A DNA stretch of 64,000 bases from positions 372,001 to 436,000 of the forward strand of contig CM035360.1 of the NCBI GenBank assembly GCA_020137815.1, in the 5' to 3' direction. Of this stretch, positions 48,858-61,639 are shown piece after piece. Positions within the stretch are counted from its first letter, which is position 1, and the number at the start of each line of letters is the position of its first letter. The translations under genes were made by a program, and so were the position numbers. This DNA comes from Hormiphora californensis (lineage: Eukaryota > Animalia > Ctenophora). Below the pieces are notes generated by a model. The model worked only from the letters and a program-made list of their open reading frames with translations, ran no database searches and was not told where the DNA came from.

Positions 48858-50597
48858 ATGTCTGATAACTGTAACGAACATCAACAAAGGTATCTCGAGA
48901 GCCACGATTCTTTAGAATTTGCCCTGAGCAGAGCAAAGAACTTCCAGATAAAAACTGACGTCGACAACATTCACAGCGTTTATCGGACCCTGGTTTTGAA
49001 ACCTGGCGTCCTATTTGAGGGCATACGATACCACACCACTGTGGAGAAAACATCCCATCACGAAGAGATTGAGAGGTATATTGGAATACCCGGGGAATAC
49101 GACTATGGGGAGGTTGGTTGGCAGGTACCGGGTGATCAGGCTGCCCTCACTGGTGTCTGCATCCCTGACAAGTTTTGTATTGTAATGACTAGTGAAGTTG
49201 AACATCGCATCAATATCAAATCAGTTGAACATGAATTGCGAGATCTGTTGATTGTACACTGTGAACGAATACTGGAAGACAACCTAATAGTGAAGGTGTA
49301 CAGTGAAGGTTCAATAAATCGAATGTGGGAAAAAACGATTAACAAACTCCTGGAGTGGTTACAAAACCTAGAATTCCAATATCGGCCCCCCTCTAACCGA
49401 CTGGTGAACGGTAAATCTTATTACCACACATATACACGGTTGAAAGGTAAACACACGGCAAATGTTACAAAAGGTTGGGATATGCAGACGGATGCAGATA
49501 AGTTTATACACGAGGATGTCGCCATAGCAACCTACCTGATGCTGATATGGGAGGAGCGATACGGAGAAAAGGCGAGGGATCACGTGAGGTTTGTGGATAT
49601 TGGCTGTGGAAATGGTCTTTTGGTATACCTGCTAACTCAGGAGGGATATACGGGTCTTGGGATCGATGTTAGAGCCCGTAATATCTGGACATCAACTTTT
49701 AGCAGCTGTTCCTACCGTGAATCGTATTTCGATCCCAAGGAATTTGAATCGATCCGTGGTTATAACTGGATATTAGGGAACCACTCTGATGAGCTCACAC
49801 CCTGGCTCCCCTACGTTGCATCCCAGTTGACACCCTGTGATTTCTTCCTTCTTCCCTGTTGTACCTGGAACTTCACGGCCCGGTTCGAACGGAAAAACAA
49901 CAAACTCTCCGTGTATCAGGACTACCTGAACTACATCGAGGGGGTTATAGAGGAGATAGGGTTCAGTTTTCAGAGAGATGTCATGAGGATACCATCAACC
50001 AAGAGGACTTGTTTTGTGTCTAATGGAGGGTGTCCTGATTTGGTATCTAGAGGAATTGATGTGGTACAAAGACACTGCAAGATCACTGGAGGCTCCATTG
50101 TGGAACGTAAGTGGGATATTCCTGTAACCAATGGTACAAAAGTTGACCGGGAGTTGTGTAATAAGATAGTAGACTGTGCCGCTTCATACCTTCTCAGAAA
50201 TGTATCATCAGGGAAGGAGAGCGCTCCGTTCCAAAAAGACAAGGATTGGAGTGCAGGGGAGAGTGCTCCGTTCCCGGAACTAGTTACCCATATAAGGGAT
50301 AATGAGGTTGAGTTTTCAGCCGAGTTGCGACAACAAAACGGAGGGATTCAGACTGTTCTAAGGAACTGCCATCAAGTGTTCTTGATACGGAATGGGGTGG
50401 TGTCTATTAGGGATTGGAGGGAGGGGGATGGTGGGGGCAGGAAACGAAGGAAAGGGATGGCCAATAAAAAGTATGACAGTGTAGCACTTGCTAAAACGAA
50501 GCGTTGCTGGTTTTTTGATAATCATCCTCAGGGCTGCCCGATTGTGGAAACGTGTAATTACGCACATGGTGAGAAGGAGTTGGTCAGAGTTACATGA
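48858..50597 (+). CDS. TRMT44: tRNA (uracil-O2')-methyltransferase Trm44, single coding exon
   Basis: KFIHEDVAIATYL, FVDIGCGNGLLV, LGNHSDELTPW, LPCC, LRIPST-like MRIPSTK and a C-terminal CCCH zinc finger CWFF..HP.GC..C.YAH. Confidence 0.93.
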   Translation: MSDNCNEHQQRYLESHDSLEFALSRAKNFQIKTDVDNIHSVYRTLVLKPGVLFEGIRYHTTVEKTSHHEEIERYIGIPGEYDYGEVGWQVPGDQAALTGVCIPDKFCIVMTSEVEHRINIKSVEHELRDLLIVHCERILEDNLIVKVYSEGSINRMWEKTINKLLEWLQNLEFQYRPPSNRLVNGKSYYHTYTRLKGKHTANVTKGWDMQTDADKFIHEDVAIATYLMLIWEERYGEKARDHVRFVDIGCGNGLLVYLLTQEGYTGLGIDVRARNIWTSTFSSCSYRESYFDPKEFESIRGYNWILGNHSDELTPWLPYVASQLTPCDFFLLPCCTWNFTARFERKNNKLSVYQDYLNYIEGVIEEIGFSFQRDVMRIPSTKRTCFVSNGGCPDLVSRGIDVVQRHCKITGGSIVERKWDIPVTNGTKVDRELCNKIVDCAASYLLRNVSSGKESAPFQKDKDWSAGESAPFPELVTHIRDNEVEFSAELRQQNGGIQTVLRNCHQVFLIRNGVVSIRDWREGDGGGRKRRKGMANKKYDSVALAKTKRCWFFDNHPQGCPIVETCNYAHGEKELVRVT

Positions 50598-50599
50598 GG

Positions 50600-51015
50600 G
50601 TACATTGTGTTACATTGTGTAACATTGTGTTACATTGTGTTACATTGTGTTACATGTTGTTACATTGTTTTTCATTGTGTTTCATTGTGTTTCATGGTGT
50701 TGCATTGTGTCACATTGTGTTACATTGTGTTACATTGTGTTACATTGTGTTACAGTGTGTTACATGGTGTTACATTGTGTAACATTGTGTTACATTGTGT
50801 TACATGGTGTTACATTGTGTTACATTGTGTTACATTGTGTAACATTGTGTTACATTGTGTTACATTGTGTAACATTGTGTTACATTGTGTTACATCGTGT
50901 AACATTGTGTTACATTGTGTTACATTGTGTTACATTGTGTAACATTGTGTTACATTGTGTAACATTGTGTTACATTGTGTTACATTGTGTAACATTGTGT
51001 AACATTGTGTTACAC
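50600..51015. repeat. 10-bp tandem repeat immediately after the TRMT44 stop
   Basis: (TACATTGTGT)n, about 41 units. Confidence 0.95.
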
Positions 51016-51250
51016 ATAACATCCCACATGACATGTGACTTTTATTTAATTTCTTCAGACATGTGTTCGTGTGTGGTTTTTAGTAGTTTTGTGGTTCTTT
51101 TAAAATGTTCTCATACTCGAGGTTATTTAGGTTGCGTTTCTTTTTTCAGACTCGTTTATTTAATATAAACCGCAGTTTATATTTCTCAATTTGTGTTCCT
51201 ATTTTATCCAATTCTCCGTCCTATTTTTAACATATTAGAAGTCTCTAGAA

Positions 51251-52015
51251 ATGGGTTATTTTGTTGCCGTCCACACTGGTGCTGGTGCCATCTCTACCTC
51301 TACCAGATTAGAACTATCTTCCCTCTGTTCCAGTGTATCCTCCCATGTCAGCACTCTCCTATCCCGACCCAGCACCACTGCAACTGAGGCCGCTATTGCG
51401 GGAACAGTCCTGCTGGAAGACTCGCCTCTCACTAACGCTGGAGTTGGTAGCTCGATCAGTAGGGAGGGGTTAGTTCGGACTGAGGCCTGTGTGGCGGCTA
51501 GTGACACTGGGTTCCATTGTGTGGGTGATTTAGAGGGTGTTAGGAACCCCGTTATGGTTGTTGGAGAGATGATCAGGGAGAGGGAGGTACGGAATGGGAA
51601 CTCTTATATTCCACCGAGAATCATGGTCGGGGACCACACTATTGAAAGGTATGGTGCGGTGGTGGGGGATCTACGGACTAGACGGAGTAAGCGGATGTAT
51701 CGAAAGGCGGAGAGATTTTTCGAGGGTGTTGGGGATTTGGATAGCACGAGGAAAAGAGTTAAAAAAGAGATTCCACACAATGAGGACACGAGAGTACAAC
51801 TGTGTGAACTGGAGAGCAATGGTGTACACTGTGAAATGGAGAGCAAAGACAATGGTGTATTTAGTGAAATGGAGAGCAATGGTGTACAAGATACTGTTGG
51901 AGTTATCTGTGTAGACCAGAAGGGAGGGATCTCTTGCGCTATGTCATCTGGTGGCTCAATCTACAAATACACTGGACGACTAGGTTAGTAGATGTCTGTT
52001 TGTCTGTCTGTCTGC

Positions 52016-52051
<36 letters not shown>

Positions 52052-52423
52052 ATGTTCCCTAATCTCGTGCTCGTCTCCCGTAGTGTCAAGTATGAGTCTG
52101 ATAGGTTTCACTTGCCACAACACATTTTTAGTCCGGTGCAGTAGGTGGGGAAACCTGCCAATATTCTTTCAAACATGCCAATTCACTATTCTACCCGGTC
52201 TGTAATATTTCGTTTTTCTAGCGAAGGTTTTATTGAAGGGTGGATAGGCCAGTTTAACATCTAGTCTGTCTAACTGTAATATTACTGAATACTGGAAACT
52301 AGGCCGCGTTCTGTGTTTCTGCTTGTGTGTAAATATGGGTGCGCTTCCGTAATACAGTGTTGTACTGTAGTACACTTGTGTTCTCCACCCTCTCTCTCCT
52401 TTCTTTCTCCCCCCCCCCTTTTC

Positions 52424-52508
<85 letters not shown>

Positions 52509-54218
52509 CATTTCTTTTTCCTTCTCAGTCTCTCTTTCTTTTTCTACCTAAGTCCCTCTCTCTCTCTCTCACCCTTTCCTCCTTTTCTCTATCGTATTTA
52601 CCAGGCAGCCGCTGCAGTGTAACAAATTGTTGTCAAAGTCCAATTATTATCAATTAATTAATTAATGTCCCGTTCCGTTCGGCGCCTCATCAAACTCTTG
52701 CCACACATGTGTTTAGTGCATTTAGCTGACAACACAAACCCATTGATTCATTGTAACCTGAATTAAACCCCCATTATCATTACCACAATGTAACCCGGGG
52801 GGGTTCCAACCTATTTCGTGTACGTTTGTACGGAAAAAAACACGGGTTTCCTCAAACAAAAAAATACAAAAAAATACAAAAAAATACAAAAAAATACAAA
52901 AAATACAAAAAAATAAAAACAGTTTTGTAAAGTTATTTAACATTATTGTTCGAACTTTTACTGTTTTTAAACATTCTTCCGCGCTATTTCACGTAATTTA
53001 GTAATAAAATATAGACATATTTTACATATTTAGCATGCCAAAATCGCGAGAGAAATTTCCCCGAATCGCAATTTCTTACCGAGAAAATTTTCTCGAATCG
53101 TATTTTCTAAGTGAGAAATTTCCCCGAATCGCAATTTCTTACCGAGAAAATTTTCTCGAATCGTATTTTCTAAGCGAGAAATTTCCCCGAATCGCAATTT
53201 CTTACCGAGAAAATTTTCTCGAATCGTATTTTCTAAGCGAGAAATTTCCCCGAATCCTAATTTCTTACCGAGAAAATTTTCCCGAATCGTATTTTCTAAG
53301 CGAGAAATTTCCCCGAATCGCAATTTCTTACCGAGAAAATTTTCTCGAATCGAATTTTCTAAGCGAGAAATTTCCCCGAATCGCAATTTCTTACCGAGAA
53401 AATTTTCCCGAATCGTATTTTCTAAGCGAGAAATTTCCCCGAATCGCAATTTCTTACCGAGAAAATTTTCCCGAATCGTATTTTCTAAGCGAGAAATTTT
53501 CCCGAATCGCAATTTCTTACTGAGAAAATTTTCTCGAATCGTATTTTCTAAGCGAGAAATTTCCCCGAATCGCAATTTCTTACCGTTTATGTATAGCTGG
53601 GTTCCGTTTATGTTCATGTACATGTATTATTTATACTTTTTTCACGCACCCACATCCTTCATTATTTTTTGTATTTTTTTGTACTTTTTTGTATTGTTTG
53701 TATGGAAAAAAACAGGAATTTTGGATACTTTTATGTATGGTCCGTACAAAAAAATACAAAAAAATACAAAAAAATAGGTTGGAACCCCCCCTGTAACCCC
53801 AATGTAACCCAAATAAGTACAACCCAAATGTAACCCCAATCATCCCCCTCAGGTCAGTGCTGCTCGTACGGTGGTGGCAGTTTCGTGTCTCCCACCCTGG
53901 GGGTGGTAACTAACGGGGAACGGAGAGGAAATTATAAACTCGCTCCTAGCGTGTCGTCTTGCCCAACAGGATGCACTACCTTCAGAGATCCTCAGGTCAC
54001 GTGACCAGACCATGAGCGGGTTCCTTATGGTAGAATGTCATCAACAAAAAAAGAAGGATAAAAAGTTTGATAAAGGAGTATTTAGTAGTGTTACACTGAG
54101 TGCAGATCACACTTTATCGCATATGGTGGTGGGGTATCAATCCAGTGGGATGGGGGGACCTGTTACTAGGGTGTTGGATAGCACCGCACCCTCCTTGATG
54201 GAGAGTATATCATTGTAA
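51251..54218 (+). CDS. TASP1: Threonine aspartase 1-like (Ntn hydrolase, asparaginase type 2 family), 2 exons
   Basis: Exons 51251-51983 and 53853-54218; FVAVHTGAG, LEDSPLTNAG.GS, autocleavage site DTVG, SSGG..K..GRLGQ, G.GE. Confidence 0.88.
52797..53791. mobile_element. Non-autonomous TIR element carrying a ~58-bp minisatellite, in TASP1 intron
   Basis: TIR GGGGGGGTTCCAACCTATT..AATAGGTTGGAACCCCCCC; exact 8-bp TSD TGTAACCC. Confidence 0.88.
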
Positions 54219-54742
54219 CCTGGGAGTTTACTAAGATGATTGTAGCAGCACCTATTATATAGTGCTGAGTCCCAGTCCACTAGCCAGTACTGCAGTACTG
54301 CAGCTAGTAGACTGGGACTATCACTATTATGTACAGATCTGCTCAGTACTGGATGGTTGCCCGTTGCTGCAGTAGTGGTACCGCGGGAAATCATGTGTAA
54401 GGGAATCACGAGAGGGGGAGGGTTTTTATTCTTTTCATCTTCGTCTAACTGCTTTTTTTCTCCATTGTTTTATTGCTTGGTGGCTTTTAACGAATTTTAT
54501 TGTTAATTGGTATGGTTTACTTAAATCATTTTTAATGTTTTCTGTTTATTTTATTCAATTGATGGAACTAGTCGTATTGACATCGTTTTACTCTCGTGTA
54601 TGTTGCTGATGTTTCGCCCGCTCTTTTATAACTTTTCAATCTCAAAATATCACGAAACTAACACACCATGTTTCCATAGCTCAACTGCTGCTACACAACT
54701 AACACACCATGTTTCAATAGCTCAACTGCTGCTACTGCAATC

Positions 54743-57215
54743 ATGGCGATGCCAATTAATGTAACAAGTACCAGTAACAACATGGACACCCTCAGTCGGA
54801 ACGAGCTGATCGAGTTCGTTAACGGGTGCCTGGATCTCAACTACAACAAAGTTGAAAACATGTGTACCGGTATGTGGCATGTGCTAATACCCCCCCCCCC
54901 CCCCCCCTAATATAGAACCCCCTCCCTTTTGTAATACGATTGTCTACTAGGGTGCTCCAAACGCCCCGAAAATTTTTTAATTAGCTGATCTTTTGTCCAA
55001 GTGTGACAAATGACCTCAAATGAAAAAGTACAAAATTTTTTTGAAATCGGACTTAATTTGGACTAATCGCATAATTAATTATGATTTTACCTGTTGCGCG
55101 AGCAAAATGACCGTTTAAGTGACTTCCGGGAAGTTTTGGCGTTTTTCTTCAACAGTATCCGATCCGGAATAGCCATGTTTATATACGACTTATGAAGCAA
55201 CATGTGGTCTAAAATGCTTTGTTTTGGAGCTAGGAGCGATTTCCTGTTTGATAACTTAGTCACGTGACATGTAGCTTACTGGGCATAAAATCGCCCGTAG
55301 CGCCAAAACTAAGCATTTTAGACCAGATGTTGCTTCACAAGTCATATATAAACATGGTCATTTTGGAGCGGATCCTTTTGTCAAAAATCAATTTGGTCCA
55401 CCCAATTAGCCCCAATCAGCAAACCCACACGCGTGACGTCATAATTCACTAATTCGTCCATAACTCCAAAACTAAGCATTTTAGACCATATGTTGCTTCA
55501 TAAGTCATATATAAACATGGCCATTCCGGATCGGATACTGTTGAAGAAAAACGCCAAAACTTCCCGGAAGTCACCTAAACGGTCATTTTGCTCGCGCAAC
55601 AGGTAAAATCATAATTAATTATGCGATTAGTCCAAATTAAGTCCGATTTCAAAAAAAATTTGTACTTTTTCATTTGAGGTCATTTGTCACACTTGGACAA
55701 AAGATCAGCTCTTGAATCAATTTTTAAAAATCATGGGGCGTTTGGAGCACCCTATTGTCTACGCGATCGAACGGTTTAAATATTATATAGCCCCCCCCCC
55801 ATTTTTAGCAACTGAGTGTCAATATATGTGCATGTGTGTGACGGTTTTTTTGTTATCTACTGACTGTCTTATTTTCTCTGTCTTTTGTTTTTCCAAAGTT
55901 TACATGGTTCTCATATTAATCAACTTTGTGGGTGGCATAAAGCTTGTGAAGGGTCAGATCTTTGGTTGCCAGGGTATTAGGGTTAATGAATAGACATATA
56001 TGTGATGGTCTGTACACTTACATTTGTTTGAATATATGCAAATAGGATTGTCTCGAAACTGATCTCTCTCTCTCTCTCTCCCTCTCTCTCTCCCTCTTCT
56101 CTCTCCTCTCTCTCTCTCTCCTCTCTCTCTGGCTCTCTCTCTCGTCTCTCTCAGTCTCGCTCTCTCTCTTACTCCTGCCTCTCTCTCTCTTCATCTCTTC
56201 CTCCTCTTCTCTCTCTTCTCCTCCCTCTCTCTCTCTCTCTCCCTCTCACGTACTGTTTACTTGTTCTCATCATTAGCATACGATGAGAGTTCCCATAACC
56301 CGGGTCCTGCGAGTCTTATGACAATTTCCATGTCACATTTGTGTAATTGTTGTGTGTGGACTGTGGGTGTGTCAATATACATGTGGGGATAGTGTTGAAA
56401 TGAATTCTAAGTGAGTCTGCCCTCTCTTGAATGTTGTTTGTTTGTTTGGCGTGTTGTTTGTTTGTTGTTTGTTTGTTTGTTTGTTTGTTTGTTTGTTTGT
56501 TTGTTTGTTTGTTTGTTTGTTTGTTTGTTTGGTTTATTTGTTTGTTTGTTTGGTGTGTCTATTTCTTAGTATGGTATGATCTCTAGTAGATTCTCTATGA
56601 TGTGGTAACGTTACACATAAAAGTGCACTGGGAGATTATGTACTGGTGGGTTGGTAGTGCAAGTGTCCCGGTGAAACCATTCAATACTCTCACTACCACT
56701 GTCTCTCTTACCTCTCTCTCACGTCTACCACACATGTTATACTTTACAACACAGAACACTACCTCTACAAGCCGACAAAAAGTTACCCCAAATAGTTTAT
56801 AGGCTCTCGGAGATTATTATACCTGTTAGTGGTCTGGCACAGTGTGTGTGAATTCATTTCTTTCTCTACCCTTCATTTAGTTGTGTGTGTGAATTGCTTC
56901 CTGTCACTATGTGTTTTCCATCTTCTCAATGCTGCAAATCTGGGATTATAGTATCAGGGATTATAGTGTTAAATTACACTTCCTACAATCTCCGATCTCA
57001 CTGTATAACATTTTCATTCTCCCCAGGAGCTGCATACTGTCAGATGATCCACATGCTATGGCCAAGTAAGTAATAGTTCCTTTATTATGATTATTATTCT
57101 CTATCTCTCTCTCCTAGATAGAGAGAGAGAGCGAGAGAGATAGAGCTAGACTCTAGAATCTCGCTAGAGTAGATCTCTAGCTAGAGAGATAGAGAGAGCG
57201 ATCGACTAGCTAGTC

Positions 57216-57260
<45 letters not shown>

Positions 57261-59397
57261 ATCTCTCTTCCCCCTCTCTCTCTCTCTCTCTCTCTTTCTT
57301 TTTTATCTCTAGCCTCGGTCTTCTCCTGCTTCTGATCGATTATATGTTGTTTGATGCATATTCCGATTGCAATGAGGGGAGAGAGAGAGGAGATAGAAAG
57401 AGAGAGGGGAGAGAAAAAGAAAAGAAGAAGAGTGTACACTGTTGCCATGACGGAATGACCAACACACCGCATTTCAATTGGTCTCGGGGCAAGGAACGAA
57501 GTTGATGCATTAATGAGAGAGAGAAAGAGAGAGAGGGGAGAAAGAGAGATGTTATGTACTGTTCTGTTACGATAAAATGAAGCAGGAAGTAGCTGCATTA
57601 GTTGAAGCCCTGGTAATGCTTGTATACGCAAAGAGGCGAGAAAGTGATAGAGAGAGGTTGAGAGTTGAGAAAGATAGAGAGAGAGAGAGATAGGGACAAA
57701 GTGTATCGTTCCTATCTCTCTTCACTGTTCTTTACCAGCCCCTGCACTACTCTCCTTTTTTCTGCCAGTCTCCCTCCCACTTCCAGTATAAATCCGGCAT
57801 CAATTATTCACCGCCCTACCAAAGCCCATATCACTCGTCTGCCTGTCTCGCAACAATCGAAAGTACATCAGTGTGGTATCGGTTCACTGCGCGTCGCGCA
57901 TCTTTAACCGCTACTTGGAGCTGTCCCGCCTCGAGAGAAGTAGCTCACATGACTCTGTGATCTGAACGAGCGGGACTTTACTTAGGAAGGAGGTGATGAA
58001 GTCAGCGGGCACATTGAGCTTCATGTCACACCTCTTTCAATCACTCGTGTGGAATCTTGCACATAATCATGATCATAGAAGTTCTGTTTGTTGGGCATAC
58101 AATTCCGAGCTTTCTTCTTCCCCATTTACTCTTCTTTATTCTACCCAATCTTCATCATACATCCCAAATTACACCCTCTCCCTCCCTCTCAGACGTCCCT
58201 AGCTCTCTCTGCTCGCTCTTATATCCCAAATAACGCCCCCTCTCTCTACCAATATATCCCAAATAACGCCTCCCCCTCTCTCTCCCAGACAAGTTACCCA
58301 TTAAGAAGGTGAAGTTCGATGCCAAACTGGAGCACGCATACATCGACAACTGGAAACTTCTACAGGACTCGTTCAAGAAGCTCCACATCGAGAAGGTATA
58401 TGTTAGATCTCTTGTTGGGGAGTATTCAAAAGGTTGGGTACGGAATGTTGTGTTTTTTATTGGGAGCGATTGGAGAGAATTAGTTTGGGAAGGTTAGGAC
58501 TTCGGTTTGTAGTTACATCCAATCAACCCTCCTACAGTGCTATTTTACGAGTTTAACATTGATCAAGAAGACAGGATGGTCTAACCTCATTTCCCTCAGG
58601 ACTATTGCTATCCAGCGTCTTGTGAAGGGCAGGTTTCAGGACAACTTTGAGTTCCTGCAGTGGTTTTACAAGTTCTTCACAATCAACGACAGCGGGGATC
58701 ACGATTCGTACAATCCTAAAGCACAGAGAGGGGGAGCTGGTGGTATTGCAGCTAGATCACCAGCCAAACGTGCACCCGCCCCTGGTGAGTGACGGGAAAT
58801 GTTAGACACACTTTCTCTCTCTGATCTCTATCTCTCTCTCTCATTATTTCCACTGTCCAGAAATCTCTCCCTAACCCCATCCTCTCTCCCTCAGCCAAGA
58901 AGGCTGCCCCCTCAGCAGCCGCAGCTGCTGCATCTAACAACGTGAAGAGAAGCGGCAGTAACACCAACTCAAATGCTGAGGTGAAACGACTGCAGGGTGA
59001 GCTACAGGAGATGACTCTAACGGTTGAGGGGGTAGAAAAGGAACGGGATTTCTACTTTGGGAAACTCCGAACTATTGAGGTAAGATGATCCTGAGCGGTA
59101 TACACAATTTATCATATCTTTTGAAATTCGTTGAATGATGAAACTTCACCTAGGTATCTGTCCTACCCCTATCCTAGTATTCGATCTCAGTCCTTCGCCC
59201 CTCCCACCCCATACATATCTCACCCCTCACTTCTACAGGAGCTCTGTCAAGACAAAGAGGGAGACGAGACACACGCTGATTTTGTTGCCCTCGTTTTGGA
59301 AATCCTGTACCAGACAGAGGATGGTTTTGGAGGCCCCGGTGATGAAGTTGAGGGAGATGGAGAGGAATACGAGGAGGAGGAGCAGGAGGAATATTAG
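54743..59397 (+). CDS. MAPRE1: EB1/RP-family microtubule end-binding protein, 6 exons
   Basis: CH domain (LSRNEL.., CTGAAYCQ, LVKGRFQDNFEFLQWF), EBH domain (VEKERDFYFGKLRTIE, EILYQTEDGF) and EEY C-terminus. Confidence 0.93.
54948..55754. mobile_element. hAT-like non-autonomous palindromic element in EB1 intron 1
   Basis: TIR TAGGGTGCTCCAAACGCCCC; exact 8-bp TSD TTGTCTAC; about 250-bp internal inverted arms. Confidence 0.9.
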
Positions 59398-59816
59398 AGA
59401 GAGAGAAGGAGAGTGACATGTGTGTTATATGTGCGCGGTGATATATTTGATAAAATTTTATAAAAATTTTCGTCCAACTTTTTTATATCCCGCTCCCCCC
59501 AAACTATTTGAGTGAGTATCTGTTTAATATGTTAATTTTACCTTCTAAAAAAACTGATCTATCACTTTGTACATTGTACCATTGCCACTCACATCACCCA
59601 TATACTGCATGCTCTTTATTATAATTGAGTATGAGGTAATTGAACCTTTTGATTAACTTTTCGTGGTCATTCTGCAATTATGAGCCTTGAAATGGGCGAC
59701 GTATTTGGCAAAATGAACGTAACGCGCGTTAAATTAACTTAAACAACGTTTTTTAGTAGCGCGCGTGCGCGTTTTTTACCAAAAGCGCGAGCGCATCTGA
59801 TCGAAATTTCCCAAAA

Positions 59817-61208
59817 ATCGCAAAGGAGCACCACCTGGAGAAGGCACAGGAGCTGTTCGGCGAGACCGGTGTACAAATTACAACTGCTGGTGCCAGACAC
59901 CTGGGTGCGGCAATCGGATCCACTGAATTCAAGACAACATTTGTTACGAACAAAGTGTCCGAATGGGTGAGCTGCCTTGAAAACCTCGTTACTGTTGCGA
60001 AGACTCACCCCCACGTTGCATATTCGAACTATGTCCGCAGTTTGAAAATGAAGTGGTCGTACCTGCAACGAACACTACCTGATATAGGGCACCTGTTCCA
60101 ACCGATGGAAGACGTCCTAAGGCACAAGCTGATACCCCTATTTGTCGGGACGCATGTCTCCGACACTGAGAGGAGGATCCTGGCACTCCCCGTCAAGATG
60201 GGAGGTATGGCATTGGAAAATCCGGTTCAAACGGCCAATCAAGAATACAATAATTCCCGTTTTGCAACCGGACCACTAGTGTCTCTTATCCTAGCCGAAG
60301 AGGACTGTCCAAACAACATCATGGATGCCGAGATGAAAAGCGGAAAATTGAAGAAGAAGTGTGCCGAAGCCAATGATGAGAGGAACACGACGGAGCGTGC
60401 GGGTATCTTGGCAGTACTTGATATGAAGACACAGCGGGCGATGGAGCTATGTTCTGAACCCGGTGCTTCTAGTTGGCTAACTGCTCGACCGCTACAGAAA
60501 CTCGGTCACGAGCTCAACCAGGTTGAGTTTGTCGATGCCATTCGGCTAAGATACGGCTTCCACTTCCCGGACCTGATCGGGAAATGCGGCTGTGGGGCAC
60601 AAAACAGCAGTGACCACGCCTTGATCTGCAAGGTTGGAGGCTTTGACATGTGGAGACATGACCACCTTCGGGATACGTTAGCCGACATCCTCCGGTACGC
60701 GGGATTTAAACCCGTTAACACTGAACAGCCAATGTTGCCCTGTGATGGATTCAACTTGCCAATCAGTGCAAATATCAAAGCCGAAGCAAGAATGGACATA
60801 GTCTGTCGTGGCCTGTGGTCTGACATGCAGGCCAGTTTCATGGATGTACGGGTTTTCCATCCAAACGCCCCATCCTACCTGAAGGTGCCCATCTCCAACC
60901 TGTATAAACAGCACCAAAACCAAAAGAAGCTGGCCTATATGCGAAGGGTACAAGAAGTGGAGCAGGGTTCCTTCACGCCCCTTGTATTCTCCACATCGGG
61001 AGGTTTTGCGGTAGAGGTTGGGAAGGTGTTGGAAAAAGCGGCCAGGAAGATCTGTGACAGGCACAAGGAGAGTTACGCTGAAACCATGTCCTTCATCCGA
61101 GAAAAGACACGATTCAGTTTGTTAAGATCAACTCTTGTTGCGCTTCGGGGAACCAAGAGAAGGGTTGTCCCAGTCAGTGTGGAAGATGTAGACTTTCGAG
61201 ACAAGTGA
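59817..61208 (+). mobile_element. 5'-truncated CRE-like non-LTR retrotransposon (RT thumb + Zn finger + restriction-like endonuclease)
   Basis: Open frame from AKEHH..RHLGAAIG through LALP.K.GG, GASSWL, C.CG..DHAL.C..GG..RHD, ARMDI..FMDVRV, FTPLVFSTSGG. The RT catalytic core is absent. Confidence 0.85.
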
Positions 61209-61304
61209 GCAGAGAGAGGGAGTATGAGAGTATGACGGTGTGTGGGTAATTTATTATAATTTATTATGTTTTATCTTGTTGTAAGTTGTATTATTAATAT
61301 GCTC

Positions 61305-61526
61305 TAGTGGAAGCTCTTACGGTAATTCCCACACCCCGTGGGAAAGTTTTTGACCGTGGGAAAGTTTTCAAAGCGTGGGAAAAGAGAGATACATACAATA
61401 ACTACAAAAAATAAATTGTTTTTTCTTAGTTATTGTATGTATCTCTCTTTTCCCACGCTTTGAAAACTTTCCCACGGTCGAAAACTTTCCCACGGGGCGT
61501 GGGAATTACCGTAAGAGCTTCCACTA
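61305..61526. mobile_element. 222-bp palindromic MITE
   Basis: About 95-bp inverted arms starting TAGTGGAAGCTCTTACGGTAATTCCC; CTC on both flanks. Confidence 0.8.
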
Positions 61527-61639
61527 CTCGCGCTTTCGGTTTTCCAACTGTCTTTTCTTCTTTCACGACCAGCGTGGGTCCTGGAGTCTGGACCGAGCCT
61601 TGACCCTGGTGTGCTCACAAGTGGGTGTTGTCACGCTCA

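Noticed and set aside
53030-53623. 197-aa repeat ORF
   Set aside because: Read-through of the minisatellite inside a non-autonomous element in an intron.
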